DNA of 64,000 nt from Azolla caroliniana (Eukaryota > Plantae > Polypodiophyta), in the NCBI GenBank assembly GCA_043228905.1, contig JBHGNT010000020.1, positions 11,842,001 to 11,906,000 of the forward strand. The letters run 5' to 3'. The translations under genes were made by a program, and so were the position numbers. Shown in pieces: positions 27,160-38,521 of this stretch. Every line of letters begins with the position of its first letter. Position 1 is the first letter of the stretch. Below the pieces are notes generated by a model. The model ran no database searches. It saw nothing but the letters and a program-made list of their open reading frames with translations, and was not told where the DNA came from.

Positions 27160-27520
27160 TGTTTTTTTTTTTTTGTTGCCTTCTTTCATTAATGATCATG
27201 TCATCAAAGAAAAAACCAAAAAACACAAGGAAAAAGCAAAAAAAGAGAAAGAAAAAAGGAAAAGAAAAAGGAAAAAGGAAAAAGGAAAAAAAGAAAAAGG
27301 AAAAAGGAAAAGGAAAAAGGAAAAAGGAAAAAGAAAAACCAAAAATCAAAAACCAAAAACTAAAAACCAAAAACCAAAAACCAAAAGAAAAAGAAAAAGA
27401 AAAACCAAAAAGCAGAAAGAAAACAAAAAGAAAAAAGAAAAATCAGGAAAACAAAAAGCTAAAAGCAAAGAGAATAAGTTTTTTTTATTTTATTAAGAAA
27501 ACGAAAAAAAAAAACGAATC
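27160..27520. repeat. A-rich low-complexity tract (GGAAAAA/CCAAAAA/GAAAAA units)
   Basis: Directly visible; it generates spurious poly-Lys and poly-Phe ORFs. Confidence 0.9.
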
Positions 27521-27719
27521 AAACAAAGAAAGCTGTTTCTGTTATCCAACTTAATTTTCTAATTTGTTTTAATTTCCTCTCTCTCTCCAAAGATCGGTCT
27601 TAATTTCATCTCTCTTATAGCCTCTTATTTATTTATTTATTTTATTTTCCTCTCACTAGCTTTCGGTCCCCTCTCTCTCTCTAGATTTTCTCTCTCTATG
27701 GACCACAACGCTGCGTCTC

Positions 27720-28260
27720 TAGCCCATGTGCTCTGCCTTAGGAAAGCAATCCTCTCTCTAGGAAAGCAATTCTCTCTCTAGGAAAGCCATATCCCCCCAC
27801 CACTCTGATTTTGCCTCCTCGTGTTTCTCCTGTGCTTCTCTCTCTAAAAAAGCAGCTATGGCCATGTGCTCTGCCTCAGGAAAGCAATTCTCTCTCTAGG
27901 AAAGCCATATCCTCCCCCAGCCTCCTCTGTTTTCTCGGTGCTTCTCTCTCTAAAAAAGCAACTGTGGCCAAGTGCTCTGCCTCAGGAAAGCAATTCTCTC
28001 TCTAGGAAAGCCACATTGCCTCCTCTGTTGCTCCTGTGCTTCTCTCTCTAAAAAAGCAGCTATGGCCATGTGCTCTGCCTCAGGAAAGCAATTCTCTCTC
28101 TAGGAAAGCCACATTGCCTCCTCTGTTGCTCCTGTGCTTCTCTCTCTAAAAAAGCAGCTATGGCCATGTGCTCTGCCTTAGGAAAGCAATTCTCTCTCTA
28201 GGAAAGCCATATCCCCCTTCCCCTCCCCAAACCTTCTCTCTGATTTTGCCTCCTCTGTTT
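27720..28260. repeat. Tandem repeat, about 5 units of ~96-138 bp, upstream of RopGAP
   Basis: gtgctctgcct(c/t)aggaaagcaattctctctctaggaaagcca recurs at ~27726, 27864, 27972, 28068 and 28167. Confidence 0.9.
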
Positions 28261-28632
28261 CTCTGTGTGTCTCTCTAAATCGACTCCTTCTGTTGCGTAA
28301 TCTTTACTCTGTCTTTCTCTCTGTCTCTGTCTCTGTCTGTCACTTCATTCCTTCCCTTTCCATCTTCTTCTCTCTTTTCTTCAAGGCTTCCATCTCTCCA
28401 GAAATTAGCAGGGGCTGCATAAAACACTCCAATTTCTGCACATAATCTACACATCCACTGAAAGAAACAGAGACATTCAGCAGAGGAATATAGAAAGCAG
28501 AGAATACATTCTTATATATGCATGTATATATTTTTGGTATCTACATATACACAAGAAAGCAGAGACATTAGGAAAACAGAAGAATGTAGGAATAGAGGAA
28601 TATATAGAAACAGAAGCTTATCCTCGTCTCAG

Positions 28633-28634
<2 letters not shown>

Positions 28635-28678
<44 letters not shown>

Positions 28679-28703
28679 GGCTGGCTCTTTTCTTCAGGTA
28701 AGA
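28635..28703 (+). promoter_or_regulatory. (CT)n-rich putative 5' UTR exon end and intron donor of RopGAP
   Basis: A (CT) tract of about 20 units followed by CAG|GTAAGA at 28697/28698, upstream of the RopGAP ATG. Confidence 0.55.
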
Positions 28704-29549
28704 CATGTATTTTCTTTTTCAAATGCTGGAATTTCTCATGATTTTCTAGAGAAATCAAGCTACTAATAAGTGGTACTAATATGGATATTATTATGTAGGA
28801 TTTTCAAATTTCAACTTTCTTCTCATACGCATGAATCATGCTAATCTTTTGAACATGAAACTTATCATTTTCTGTCTGATTGTTTACTTTAAGAAGAAGA
28901 AGAAGAAGAAGAAGAAGCAGCAGCAGCAGGTTAATTGAAGCTAAAATTTCCCATTCTAGAAATGTATATTTGAGAAGAGTAGTAGCATCAAATTTAGATG
29001 ATTAAATAAGCTTTGTTATGAATGGCAACTCATGCTAAAATTTGGACATAATTCTTATTAAGCGATTGCTTCACATAATTTCTTTTTACATGATTTGTTG
29101 TATTGAATCTTTTTGCACCCTGAAAGTGAGAAATTCTAGAATTTTTTCTGACAGACGCAAGTTAGGGGCGGGATCTCTTCACATCTGCAAAGGAAGAAAA
29201 TATCTAGCGTTCACTGAGCAGGGCTTTGGACTTAAGAGGTCTCTTCGCATATGCCAAGTGAGAAATTCCCGAGTTTTTTCTGACATTTGAAACTCAAAGG
29301 GAGTTTTATCACTTTGTACCTGCAAACTAAGAAGTTTGGGAGTTTTCTCTGAAATCAAAACCTACGGCTCAAATTGCACCTGCAAAGCAACAATTTTCAA
29401 TCTTCTTTGCAACAATTCAACATCAAAGCTAAGGGTTCTCTTTGCAACACGCCAGGTTCTTCGAGTGGAAGTTTCAACATCACAATTAAGGGTCCACCCA
29501 ATCTAGGGACATCGATAGAAAGTATTTCGAAGATTTAGTCATCATACCT

Positions 29550-32500
29550 ATGATGGATGTTCTTGCTCATATTACTAATATTAATGATGTGGATTATTCG
29601 CCCCGAGAAAGTCTTACTGTGAATGTCGACCCTGACGAGGTTGTGGGAAGCCCTTCCTCACCGTATAGTGATGAAGACTTAGAGGCTTTTGTGTCCCCAT
29701 TGGTCAATGTGGCATCAAATTCTGATGCAATTATAGTTGAGCACCGGGAAAGTTCAAGAATCACCCAAAATGGCCGGGAATCGAATTCTACGAATGTGGA
29801 TCTATCTCTCTTAGCTCTTATGCTAGAAGCTATAAGAAGATCGGGTATAACATGTCAGGGTCCTACTGAAGATATGAAGATGGATATTGGATGGCCAACC
29901 AATGTGAGACATGTGGCACATGTGACATTCGATCGATTCAATGGGTTCCTTGGTTTACCAGTGGAGTTCCAGAGAGAGGTTCCACGGCGAGTTCCTAGTG
30001 CTAGGTATGTGCTTCATGGTGTATGATCTATTCTTAGGATTGTGTGCTCTCGTAATCAGGAAATATTTGAAAAGTTGGGGTTCGTTTGATGTTTTGCCCA
30101 TATGATTAATTCTAACATGTGGAAAGTCCTGGTCTTAGGCGCAATTCAGGAAAGGGAGAGACTTTTGTGTTGCAGAAGACAGTCCTAAATGTAGATGTAG
30201 ATTCATGCTATATATAGCCCCAATCATGAGATCTATATATAGCATATCTTGCAAGAAGAAAAACAGCTATATCTAATAGCTAGTGGGACTTGATAAACCA
30301 TTACACATTGTGATGTTATGTCAATGTTTATTAATACTAGTGTTTTTGAGTGTTAGTTATGTGTATGACTCATAAGACTAGTGTTTTTTGGGAGTCAAAT
30401 AAAAACATATTTGATACTGTCTTCATTTGATGGTTGGTTTCCACCAGTGTCAGTGTCTTTGGTGTCTCTGCGGAATCGATGCAGTGTTCTTATGACCGAA
30501 ATGGCAACAGTGTGCCGACAATCTTGCTACTTCTGCAAAAGAGATTGTATGATTTGGGCGGGTTAAAGGTAAACATGATTTAACAATGTGCATTGTCAGG
30601 AGAATGAATTGAATCATATTTCCACTTATGTGAAGATGGAACTTGGACTCATGTTTTTCTTTTTTCTTTTCTTCCTGTTTTATACGGAAATAGGCTGAAG
30701 GAGTGTTTCGAATAAATGCTGAGAATGGCCGAGAAGAACAATTGAGAGAAGAAATCAACTCTGGCATTGTGCCTTATGACATTGATGTGCATTGCCTTGC
30801 AGGATTGATCAAGGTGCAGTTTTTTGACTTTTGATGAAGATAATAATAATATCTATCCATCAATGTTTAGGCCATTAATGCTAAAAAAGGAATGTTTTAT
30901 TTTCTTGGGCAAGGATGCATTGTCCTGTCCCTTCAGACCTTTAATGTGCTGCATTGTTTTGGACCTTTTTTCTTCTCCTTTAGAATCTTCATACCAAGAA
31001 AGGAAATGTGAGATCCCTTTCTTTCTTTGATGTTCACGCTAAAGGAGGAAATGCCACCTACACTTTTTCTGTAATTTTCTTTCTATATCCATACTAAAAA
31101 CAGAACGATTTCTGCAGGCATGGTTTCGGGAGCTACCACGAGGTGTTTTGGACAGCCTTTCCCCGGAACAAGTAATGCAATGCAATTCTGAGGATGAAGC
31201 AGTTGCATTAGTAAAGACCCTTCCCCCAATGCAAAGAGCTCTATTGGATTGGGGCATCAACTTGATGGCTGATGTGGTGCAAGAGGAGCCATTCAATAAG
31301 ATGAATGCTCATAACATTGCAATGGTGTTTGCGCCCAACATGACACAGGTGGATGGCATCGTTCGATCTCAGAGCTGTCATACTTTCAAATTTTTTCTTA
31401 TTTTTTATGCATGGGAAGGAAAAACTGAATTTTGGTTATTTCCTTAGATGCTGTCCAGCTTTAGCTATTTCCCCAAAAGCCCCTTGGTTATTCCCCAATG
31501 TTGGCAACCACATGTAGTGCTTTTATATGGTCAATGCATTCCTTCCTTTTTATTTTCTTGAAGTTGGCAGATTGACCAAAGGATACAAGAAAACTTGAGA
31601 GTTTCAGACCTTTTCCTATCATAAACATTTATTTTGACAATTGTTTTTCCTATTATAAACATTTCTTGTTGTATCTAAGGTGGTGCCAAGTTATGAGATT
31701 GGTTCAAGTTTGTCAGTCCCAACATCTTAAGGTTTTAGAGTCTGGACTGTGATGGTTATACGAATTTGGGGTTTATTTAAACCTCTTTTGACATTCTATG
31801 ATTGATTTAACCTTTTTAAGGGCTTTAGTGTTTAGCACTAAGGATTAGGGTTTCCTTTAAATATCATACCTCTTTTAATGACCCTTTTTAAACATTTTTT
31901 ATGTTTCCAACTTTCTTTGTTTTCTTTTAACCTCTTTTTTAGATTGTGTGAAACCTTTTTTTTCCTTTTAGCTTCATTTTTGTTTGACTTTCAAACACAA
32001 ATGTTAACTGCTGATTTTTAACCACATTATTTTTGTTTTTTTTCCCAGATGTCAGACCCTCTCACAGCATTGATGCATGCTGTCCAAGTAATGAACTTAT
32101 TAAAGACTCTCATATTAAGAGTTTTGAAGGACCGAGAGGAGTTGTTATTTGATTCTTCTGGGACTGACCCACGTACTGGAAATGGTCGGGATAACTCCTC
32201 TAAAGAGACCATAGTTTTGTTTTCACGTGGTGGTTATAATACGATTGTAGATGAGGAGAATCTCTTTCTAAAGTCATCTTTTGATACAAGTGAAAATACT
32301 GATGATTATGAATCGGCACGCGATTCTGAGGATATAATTTTCGCAAAGGAAATCTCAACTGACAGTCAGGAACTGTTCCCTCGTGATTACAATGGTTTTT
32401 TGTTTGGTCCAGATGTAAGTTTATTAAAGGAGAAGGATATACTACCCTCTGCTTCTCTACCTAGTGATGTTGAGAGTAAATCTGAGTTCTTTTCAGATAT

Positions 32501-32654
32501 ACTCGAAAAGATGGAGAATCTTGGGGTCAAACGAGAAGGCTTTGTTATTAAAGAGTTTATCCATTGCAATGCAATGCTGGAGCCATTAACTAATAGAGGG
32601 AAAACAAAGGCAGGGCAAATCGACCAACATGTGAAGAGAGTTGAAGCATGGTGA
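29550..32654 (+). CDS. ROPGAP: CRIB-domain Rho GTPase-activating protein (RopGAP), 5 coding exons, ~510 aa
   Basis: Exons 29550-30004, 30448-30568, 30694-30813, 31118-31348 and 32049-32654 join in frame (1533 nt) with GT-AG introns. CRIB motif MDIGWPTNVRHVAHVTFDRFNGFLGLP; RhoGAP motifs VFGVSAESMQCSYD, AEGVFRINAE, HCLAGLIKAWFRELP, NKMNAHNIAMVFAPN, DPLTALMHAVQVMNLLKTL; C-terminal RVEAW. Confidence 0.96.
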
Positions 32655-34655
32655 TCCCAAGCTCAAGTCTAATCATGGAAGGATTGATTAGCACATGTTA
32701 AAGAGATTTGAAAAAGCATCTTGTAAAATTGATCTACATGTTAAAATGATTCACATGGTTCCCAATCATTAATGGAGTGGCAAAATCAATCAATTTGTGA
32801 TTGATCTATTTGATCATGGTATCAATCCTCTCAAATAAATAATTTTCCAGCATTGGTTAAGGTTGAAGGTAAAGGGGCCATTTAGTTTGTATCAACAGTA
32901 GATTGTTTGAATGTAAAAGGATCCAACGCTCTAGCTTTGGGAACTCTTAAATTAATTCTTGTTTGGGCTTTTCCTTGAATAAATATTTTCAAGTCTTTGT
33001 AATTGGCCAAAAATTTCCAGACTCCATAACTCCTCAGGCCTTCACAATTTCCTACTTTCACTATGTGGCTGATGTTGTATTACTTTATCCTGCTTGTAGA
33101 GGATTGGAAAACCCTTTAGGGAAATTAAATACACATTGATTGGCCACCAGTTTCATATTTAATAAATAATATAATTTTGTTCTGGTGCAGTTTGTTTCAT
33201 TTTCTACAGTCTTAGTTATTGATTGTCTCCAACGCTAAGTAGCTGTAACAAAGAACTCCCACATTTTCCGCATACACTGTGGTCCACCCAATCCATGCTT
33301 TTTCACCAGGAATTGCAACACAGACGAAACCTCTATTAAAGCATATGTTAATGCTGGATTGATGTTAGTCTGCATGTCAAATACAATTATGTGGCACGAT
33401 GAGGACCCACAAGACAAGTTCTTAATGGGCTTTGGATTCTTGCAAAAATCCCATAAAATGCCCACCTCTTTGTATCCATGAATGGGCATTTCTTTGCTGC
33501 TGATTGTATCCATAGGATTCTATCAAGCAATTGAAAATAATTTGCATGATCCATATTAGAGTGAAGGCTTGTGTTTTATGCCAGTAAGTTGTTTTATACA
33601 TGTCACCTTGTGGGTCAAATTCATTTACTGTACCAGGGAATTTTCTTTCGACTTATCATTATCTAAAGCGATTATTTCCAGCTAACTGTAGCCTTACTGA
33701 TAGTTTTTTGATCCAACCATGCTTGTGCAGATCATATATCAAGCATTCCATATTCATGGACAACTATATGGGAGTAACGGTTTCTGCATGACCTAAAATG
33801 AATCTGAGAAATTTGTGATGAAATGTCTAGGTCATCAACACATTTCCCAATTGATTGGCAAAAGACAAGTTCTAATCCAATGTAATAACAACATAGCTGC
33901 ACCATATATCCTTCACTACATCTTTATGCATGAAGAACTATCGTGTGTTTGGATATCAGAATACCAGCCTTGTACCTCCATTCCTTTGCAAGATAGGGAA
34001 GTGCATGAACACAACACTTGACATGGATATGTGTTTGTATATCCAAATGGCACATAACGGTGTAATTGACATCTCCAAATCATGATAAATATAGTAGATC
34101 TATAGGTATTTGAATAAAACTAGGATGTGTGTGGATAGATGCAAATCGAGCTCATAAGTTACCACTTCATTGAAGCTATATTGACATGGTGAAAAACATT
34201 TGCAAAAATGTAATTGAACAACATAAAAGCTGACCTGATATAGCTTTAGGAATACATGTCCACATGCTAATGGGCCTATCTCTGGCATCCATTTATGTAT
34301 AATTGAACATATGCTCTTTGGACCTAGCACTTAAGTCATGAGCTACCATGGAAACTCTCCCGATTGTTACCAAATATCTCCTCTTACAATGTCAGTACCT
34401 TTCTGGGTGGAGCTCTAGGACATATTCACATTGGACACAATATGATAATGGGACAAAGGTAGCCACTCCTTATAAGGATAATATGATGTGAGGTAGGTAA
34501 AACAAGGGAATGCAATAGTGACCATGTCAGTGTATGATCATAAATATACCAGTGATCGATGGGGTGACTATGCCAGTGTAAGGTGTATGGTACAAAAAGA
34601 GACGATCAAGAATGAGAGATATACCAAGAGACCCAATGTTGAGTTCATCGCTATT

Positions 34656-36008
34656 TCAGTACACACTTGCAATGTTTGATTCTTTCTGGGTTTCACTCAA
34701 AATTTCAAGTAGTTTCACGACTTCATCTGTCTGTCCCTGTCGGCATAAACAGTTGATCAAAGCTGTACATATCGATTTGTCCGGCCTATATCCTCTGGCC
34801 AACATTCTCATAAAAGTTGTATGGACCAAATCTGCTCTTTGTGACTTAAGCATGTTCTCCATCAAAATCACATAACTAAAACCACTCAGATCTTGGCATT
34901 TTTCAACGACCCAGTCCATGAATTTGATTCCTTCTTCTGATGTGGCTTCCATACAAAGCCATGTATTCAATGCATTATAAATTCGAGTATTAGGATTGCA
35001 TTGATTTCCAATCATTTTCTTCACCATACTAAGTGCAAGTTCAAATTTCCGAGCCTCAAAAAGGCCATTAATTACAATGCCATAGGTGAGTGCATTTGGC
35101 TTACATTGGATTGAATCCATTTGTTCAATCAGCTCCATGACCTTATTAAACTTCCCCATTCGAGAGCACCACTCCAATAATGAATTATATGTTACTGTAT
35201 CAGGAAAGCACCCGTTTTTAAGCATTGTTCCGAGCATGGTTATGGCATCAGATCCTTTATTCACCAAAATAAGGCCTTGGATAAATGAAGTATAAGTCAA
35301 TTTATTCGGTTCACAACCATTCTTTCTCATATCATTGAGAACCTCAAATGCTTTCTCACATTCACCAGCTCTACATAACCCATTGATCAAAGTGGTATAT
35401 GTGACGACATCAGGTGTGAAACCAGCATTGCACATTGTATAAAAGCTCTCTAAAGCTTCAGATATCTTACAAGACATCACATAAGCATTCAAGAGAGCAT
35501 TATAAGCATACAGATTTGGTTCAATTTTGAAGCGTGAAATAGCATCAAAAGCATTTTTGGCATCATGAAAAAAGCCAATATTAGCATATCCATTGATCAA
35601 AGTAGTGAACGGAACACAACTCAGCTCTATATCACATTCATTCATTTCATAGATGAGCTTCCAAATATGGTCAAAATCTTTATCTTTGGCCAAAACCTCT
35701 ATGAGAGCACAATAAGTGAACTGATTATGGACAAATTTAGGTCTTTTTGAGGCCCAGTAGAACAGCCCACATGCCATTTTAGGGTCTATTTCCTGTTTAA
35801 GTACTCGAAAGACGAGTCTTGGGTGTATATTTGGAACTCTTGATGATATAGATCTCTCAACCGAGGGTCCCCATGCCTGTTCTTTGTTGATAATAGAACA
35901 TATTTTCTCCACTATGTGATCAAAAGAGCTGTTGGCGACTGAAGAGAAGTATCGAATTGACAAGGAATTTATTTTCGAGCGATGGATGAAGATCCTCTGT
36001 GTCGCCAT
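34656..36008 (-). CDS. P-class pentatricopeptide repeat protein, 450 aa, intronless, probably organelle (mitochondrion) targeted
   Basis: Tandem 35-aa PPR motifs (PDVVTYTTLINGLCRAG, PNKLTYTSFIQGL, PDTVTYNSLLEWC, PNALTYGIVINGL), N-terminal LFYWASKRPKFVHNQFTY, and an R/S-rich presequence-like start. Confidence 0.95.
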   Translation of the reverse strand: MATQRIFIHRSKINSLSIRYFSSVANSSFDHIVEKICSIINKEQAWGPSVERSISSRVPNIHPRLVFRVLKQEIDPKMACGLFYWASKRPKFVHNQFTYCALIEVLAKDKDFDHIWKLIYEMNECDIELSCVPFTTLINGYANIGFFHDAKNAFDAISRFKIEPNLYAYNALLNAYVMSCKISEALESFYTMCNAGFTPDVVTYTTLINGLCRAGECEKAFEVLNDMRKNGCEPNKLTYTSFIQGLILVNKGSDAITMLGTMLKNGCFPDTVTYNSLLEWCSRMGKFNKVMELIEQMDSIQCKPNALTYGIVINGLFEARKFELALSMVKKMIGNQCNPNTRIYNALNTWLCMEATSEEGIKFMDWVVEKCQDLSGFSYVILMENMLKSQRADLVHTTFMRMLARGYRPDKSICTALINCLCRQGQTDEVVKLLEILSETQKESNIASVY

Positions 36009-36331
36009 TAAAACAGAAAAAGAGCAGAAGAAATTGAGAAATTAAGAACGAATTCAAGAAGGAAAGAGTTCTTTGAAGAACAGAGTACCATAATTATCAT
36101 TATTTACCAGAATACCCTCATGTTTACAATAAATGCCAGAATACCCTTCTATTGTGCTAATATCACAATGCAAAAATTACTGTTGTAAAAGGGCATTCTT
36201 GTAAAATTTCAAAACTTAGGGGTTCTCTCACAATCTGCTTACAACAATTGCAAGAATACCCTTCTATTTTGCGAATATCCCAACACAAAAAACCACTATT
36301 CTAAAAGGGTATTGTTGAAAACTTTCAAACC

Positions 36332-36788
36332 TATAAAAACGAAGGTGTGGAAGCGTTAGACAACCTGCTTAGCCAGATAACAACAGAGAGAGAGAGAGAG
36401 AGAGAGAGATTAACACACAAAGGGTACGCAGGAGAGACAGAGAGAGCAGAACAACATAAATCTATTATCAAAAACTCTGTACAATACTCTGTAGATACAA
36501 CGTGCTCAACAACACTATTTATACAAGTCCTAAGAGGACTGATAGAAGTACGGTGTACTTCAATGCTCACATGAGCATCCGACACTAACTACGAGACATT
36601 AACTACCTAGTAGTCTAGGTTGCTACTAGGCTTCCGGTTATTGCTGGATCCGGCTAACCGGCTAACCGGCTAACCGGCTCCCCAGCTCACTTGCTCACCG
36701 GCTCACCGATTCGGCTCATCCTTCCATATGCCAATCCGGCTCAGGCTTATTCAGTCGATCCGGATCTAGTTGAGCTTGCCGCTCAACA
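36332..36788 (-). repeat. 3' LTR of Copia A
   Basis: Homologous to 61343-61783; abuts PPT ctccccctc. Confidence 0.92.
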
Positions 36789-36806
36789 CTCCCCCTCAAG
36801 CTCAAC

Positions 36807-37529
36807 TTAAGGTCGGATTGTAGTGTCAGTCTCCATGGCAGCCGATCCTTCCCCCCGGCTCCTTCTAGCGTCACACCGCCTCGCTCGCGCTCCTTGTCCA
36901 GTCCGGTCCCGTTTGCCGCAACCCTTCTGATTTTGCGCACCTCGACCTCCTCGGTCGGCTTGTTTGCTCAATAGGCCCAATTCAGCTCCCTCGCTGTTGT
37001 GACTTTGGCGCTTGCCGATTCGCCGGATCCTTTGTGTTGGTGTCGACTTTTGCTGCCTTCTCGTCCTCTTGGCCTTGAATTGATCCGGTTCTTTCGAATT
37101 CTTCTGTTGAACCGAATCAACTGTCTTCGATTCGTTCCAGCTCTTGTCTGAATCGGTCGCTCCCGATTCGTCTTCCGGTTCCAGGCCCTTCACCACATCG
37201 GACCATGTCTGGGTCTTGGCCTTCTTCTTCCGGTTGGCTCTGTCCTTCTTGACTCTACCGCCGCTGCCGCTTGTTCCGACTTGTTCGAATGTGTCAAGTT
37301 TCTTTGTCAACTCGTCTCCTTTCTTCTTCTTGTTTCTCCCTTTGTCAGTTCTTCCCTCACCGGCGCAATCGACAGTTTCTTTGCCTTTGCCCGTTCTGGT
37401 TACTTTGCCCGTTCTCCCCCTCAAGTGTGGCACATTGAGATGCTGAACACCAAGCATCTCGGTGAAGTGCTGCAACTTGTCCAATCCAAGCGGTTTGGTG
37501 AAGATGTCAGCAACTTGCCGATCCATATG
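36807..37529 (-). pseudogene. Copia A RNase H end plus a long charged C-terminal extension
   Basis: DRQVADIFTKPLGLDKLQHF...LRGR followed by ~200 K/E/R-rich residues up to the PPT. Confidence 0.8.
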
Positions 37530-38521
37530 TGACGGGAACTGGTCGTTCCTTATGCGCAACGCTCGGCCACAACCGAGCTTAGAATGATACACAGAAAACG
37601 GGAAATAAGACGTGACACAAAGAAGAAGAAAATACATAGGAGGTTTACGTGGAAAACCCCAAACTAGGGGAAAAAACCACGGCAACCCACAGGCTGCAAA
37701 CTGTCACTATGTAAGACTGTACAAAACAGTGAGTTCACGGAGGCAACGACCTCGGACTCACGATCTTCGCCACAGGCGGCGGTTACAACAGAGGCAACGA
37801 CCTCTTTCTCTCTCTCTCTCTGTACAACGTTACGTTGTCGAGATATTTCGCAAGTGCGTGGAGAAGGGCGGAACCACGGGGGTCTTGGACTAAGGAGAAG
37901 GGGAGAAGGAATAGGACTTCGGAATGGAGCTTAGCACAAGAAGAGAAAGAATGAACAAGAGGAAGATGGAGGCCAAATGCTCAACAAGATATATTAGAAC
38001 CGAAAACCGATTACAAAAATGGCGGCCGCGTAGGCCGCACCAAACGACTATGATAAACCCGAAACCCTAATCCGACGAAGAAGAAAAGAAACCCTAACCC
38101 TAAAACAAAATGGTATACCTCACTCACACTCCAAAATAAGGCAACCCCCACAATGGTGCTCTTCCTCTCCTTTTATAGCACAAGGAGAGAAGACCGTTTA
38201 CAAAAAGGGTGCTACAAAATATCCCCTTTCAATCAATGGGGATATTTCCCTTGATTTTAGGGGAGGTGGGAAAGATGGGTCTTAACTCCCACCTCTACAC
38301 GAACTACTATGTACCTATCTCTCTCTCTCACGTGGATGTGCGCGCAAAAGCACATCACCTTTACACTTTACAAATCCTAAGGTGCATTTCTAGCACCATA
38401 CTTATCACTATCGATAAATAGAAATACAACATGTTGATGTGCAACGTTGCACATCGCGGTTTTGCTTGCTTCGCTCGGTTTTCCGCCTATGGACGAAAAT
38501 CTTCACGACATCCGCCCCCAC

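Noticed and set aside
27092-27554. Lys-rich and Phe-rich ORFs of 92-120 aa
   Set aside because: They are translations of an A-rich low-complexity tract, with no domain or splice support.
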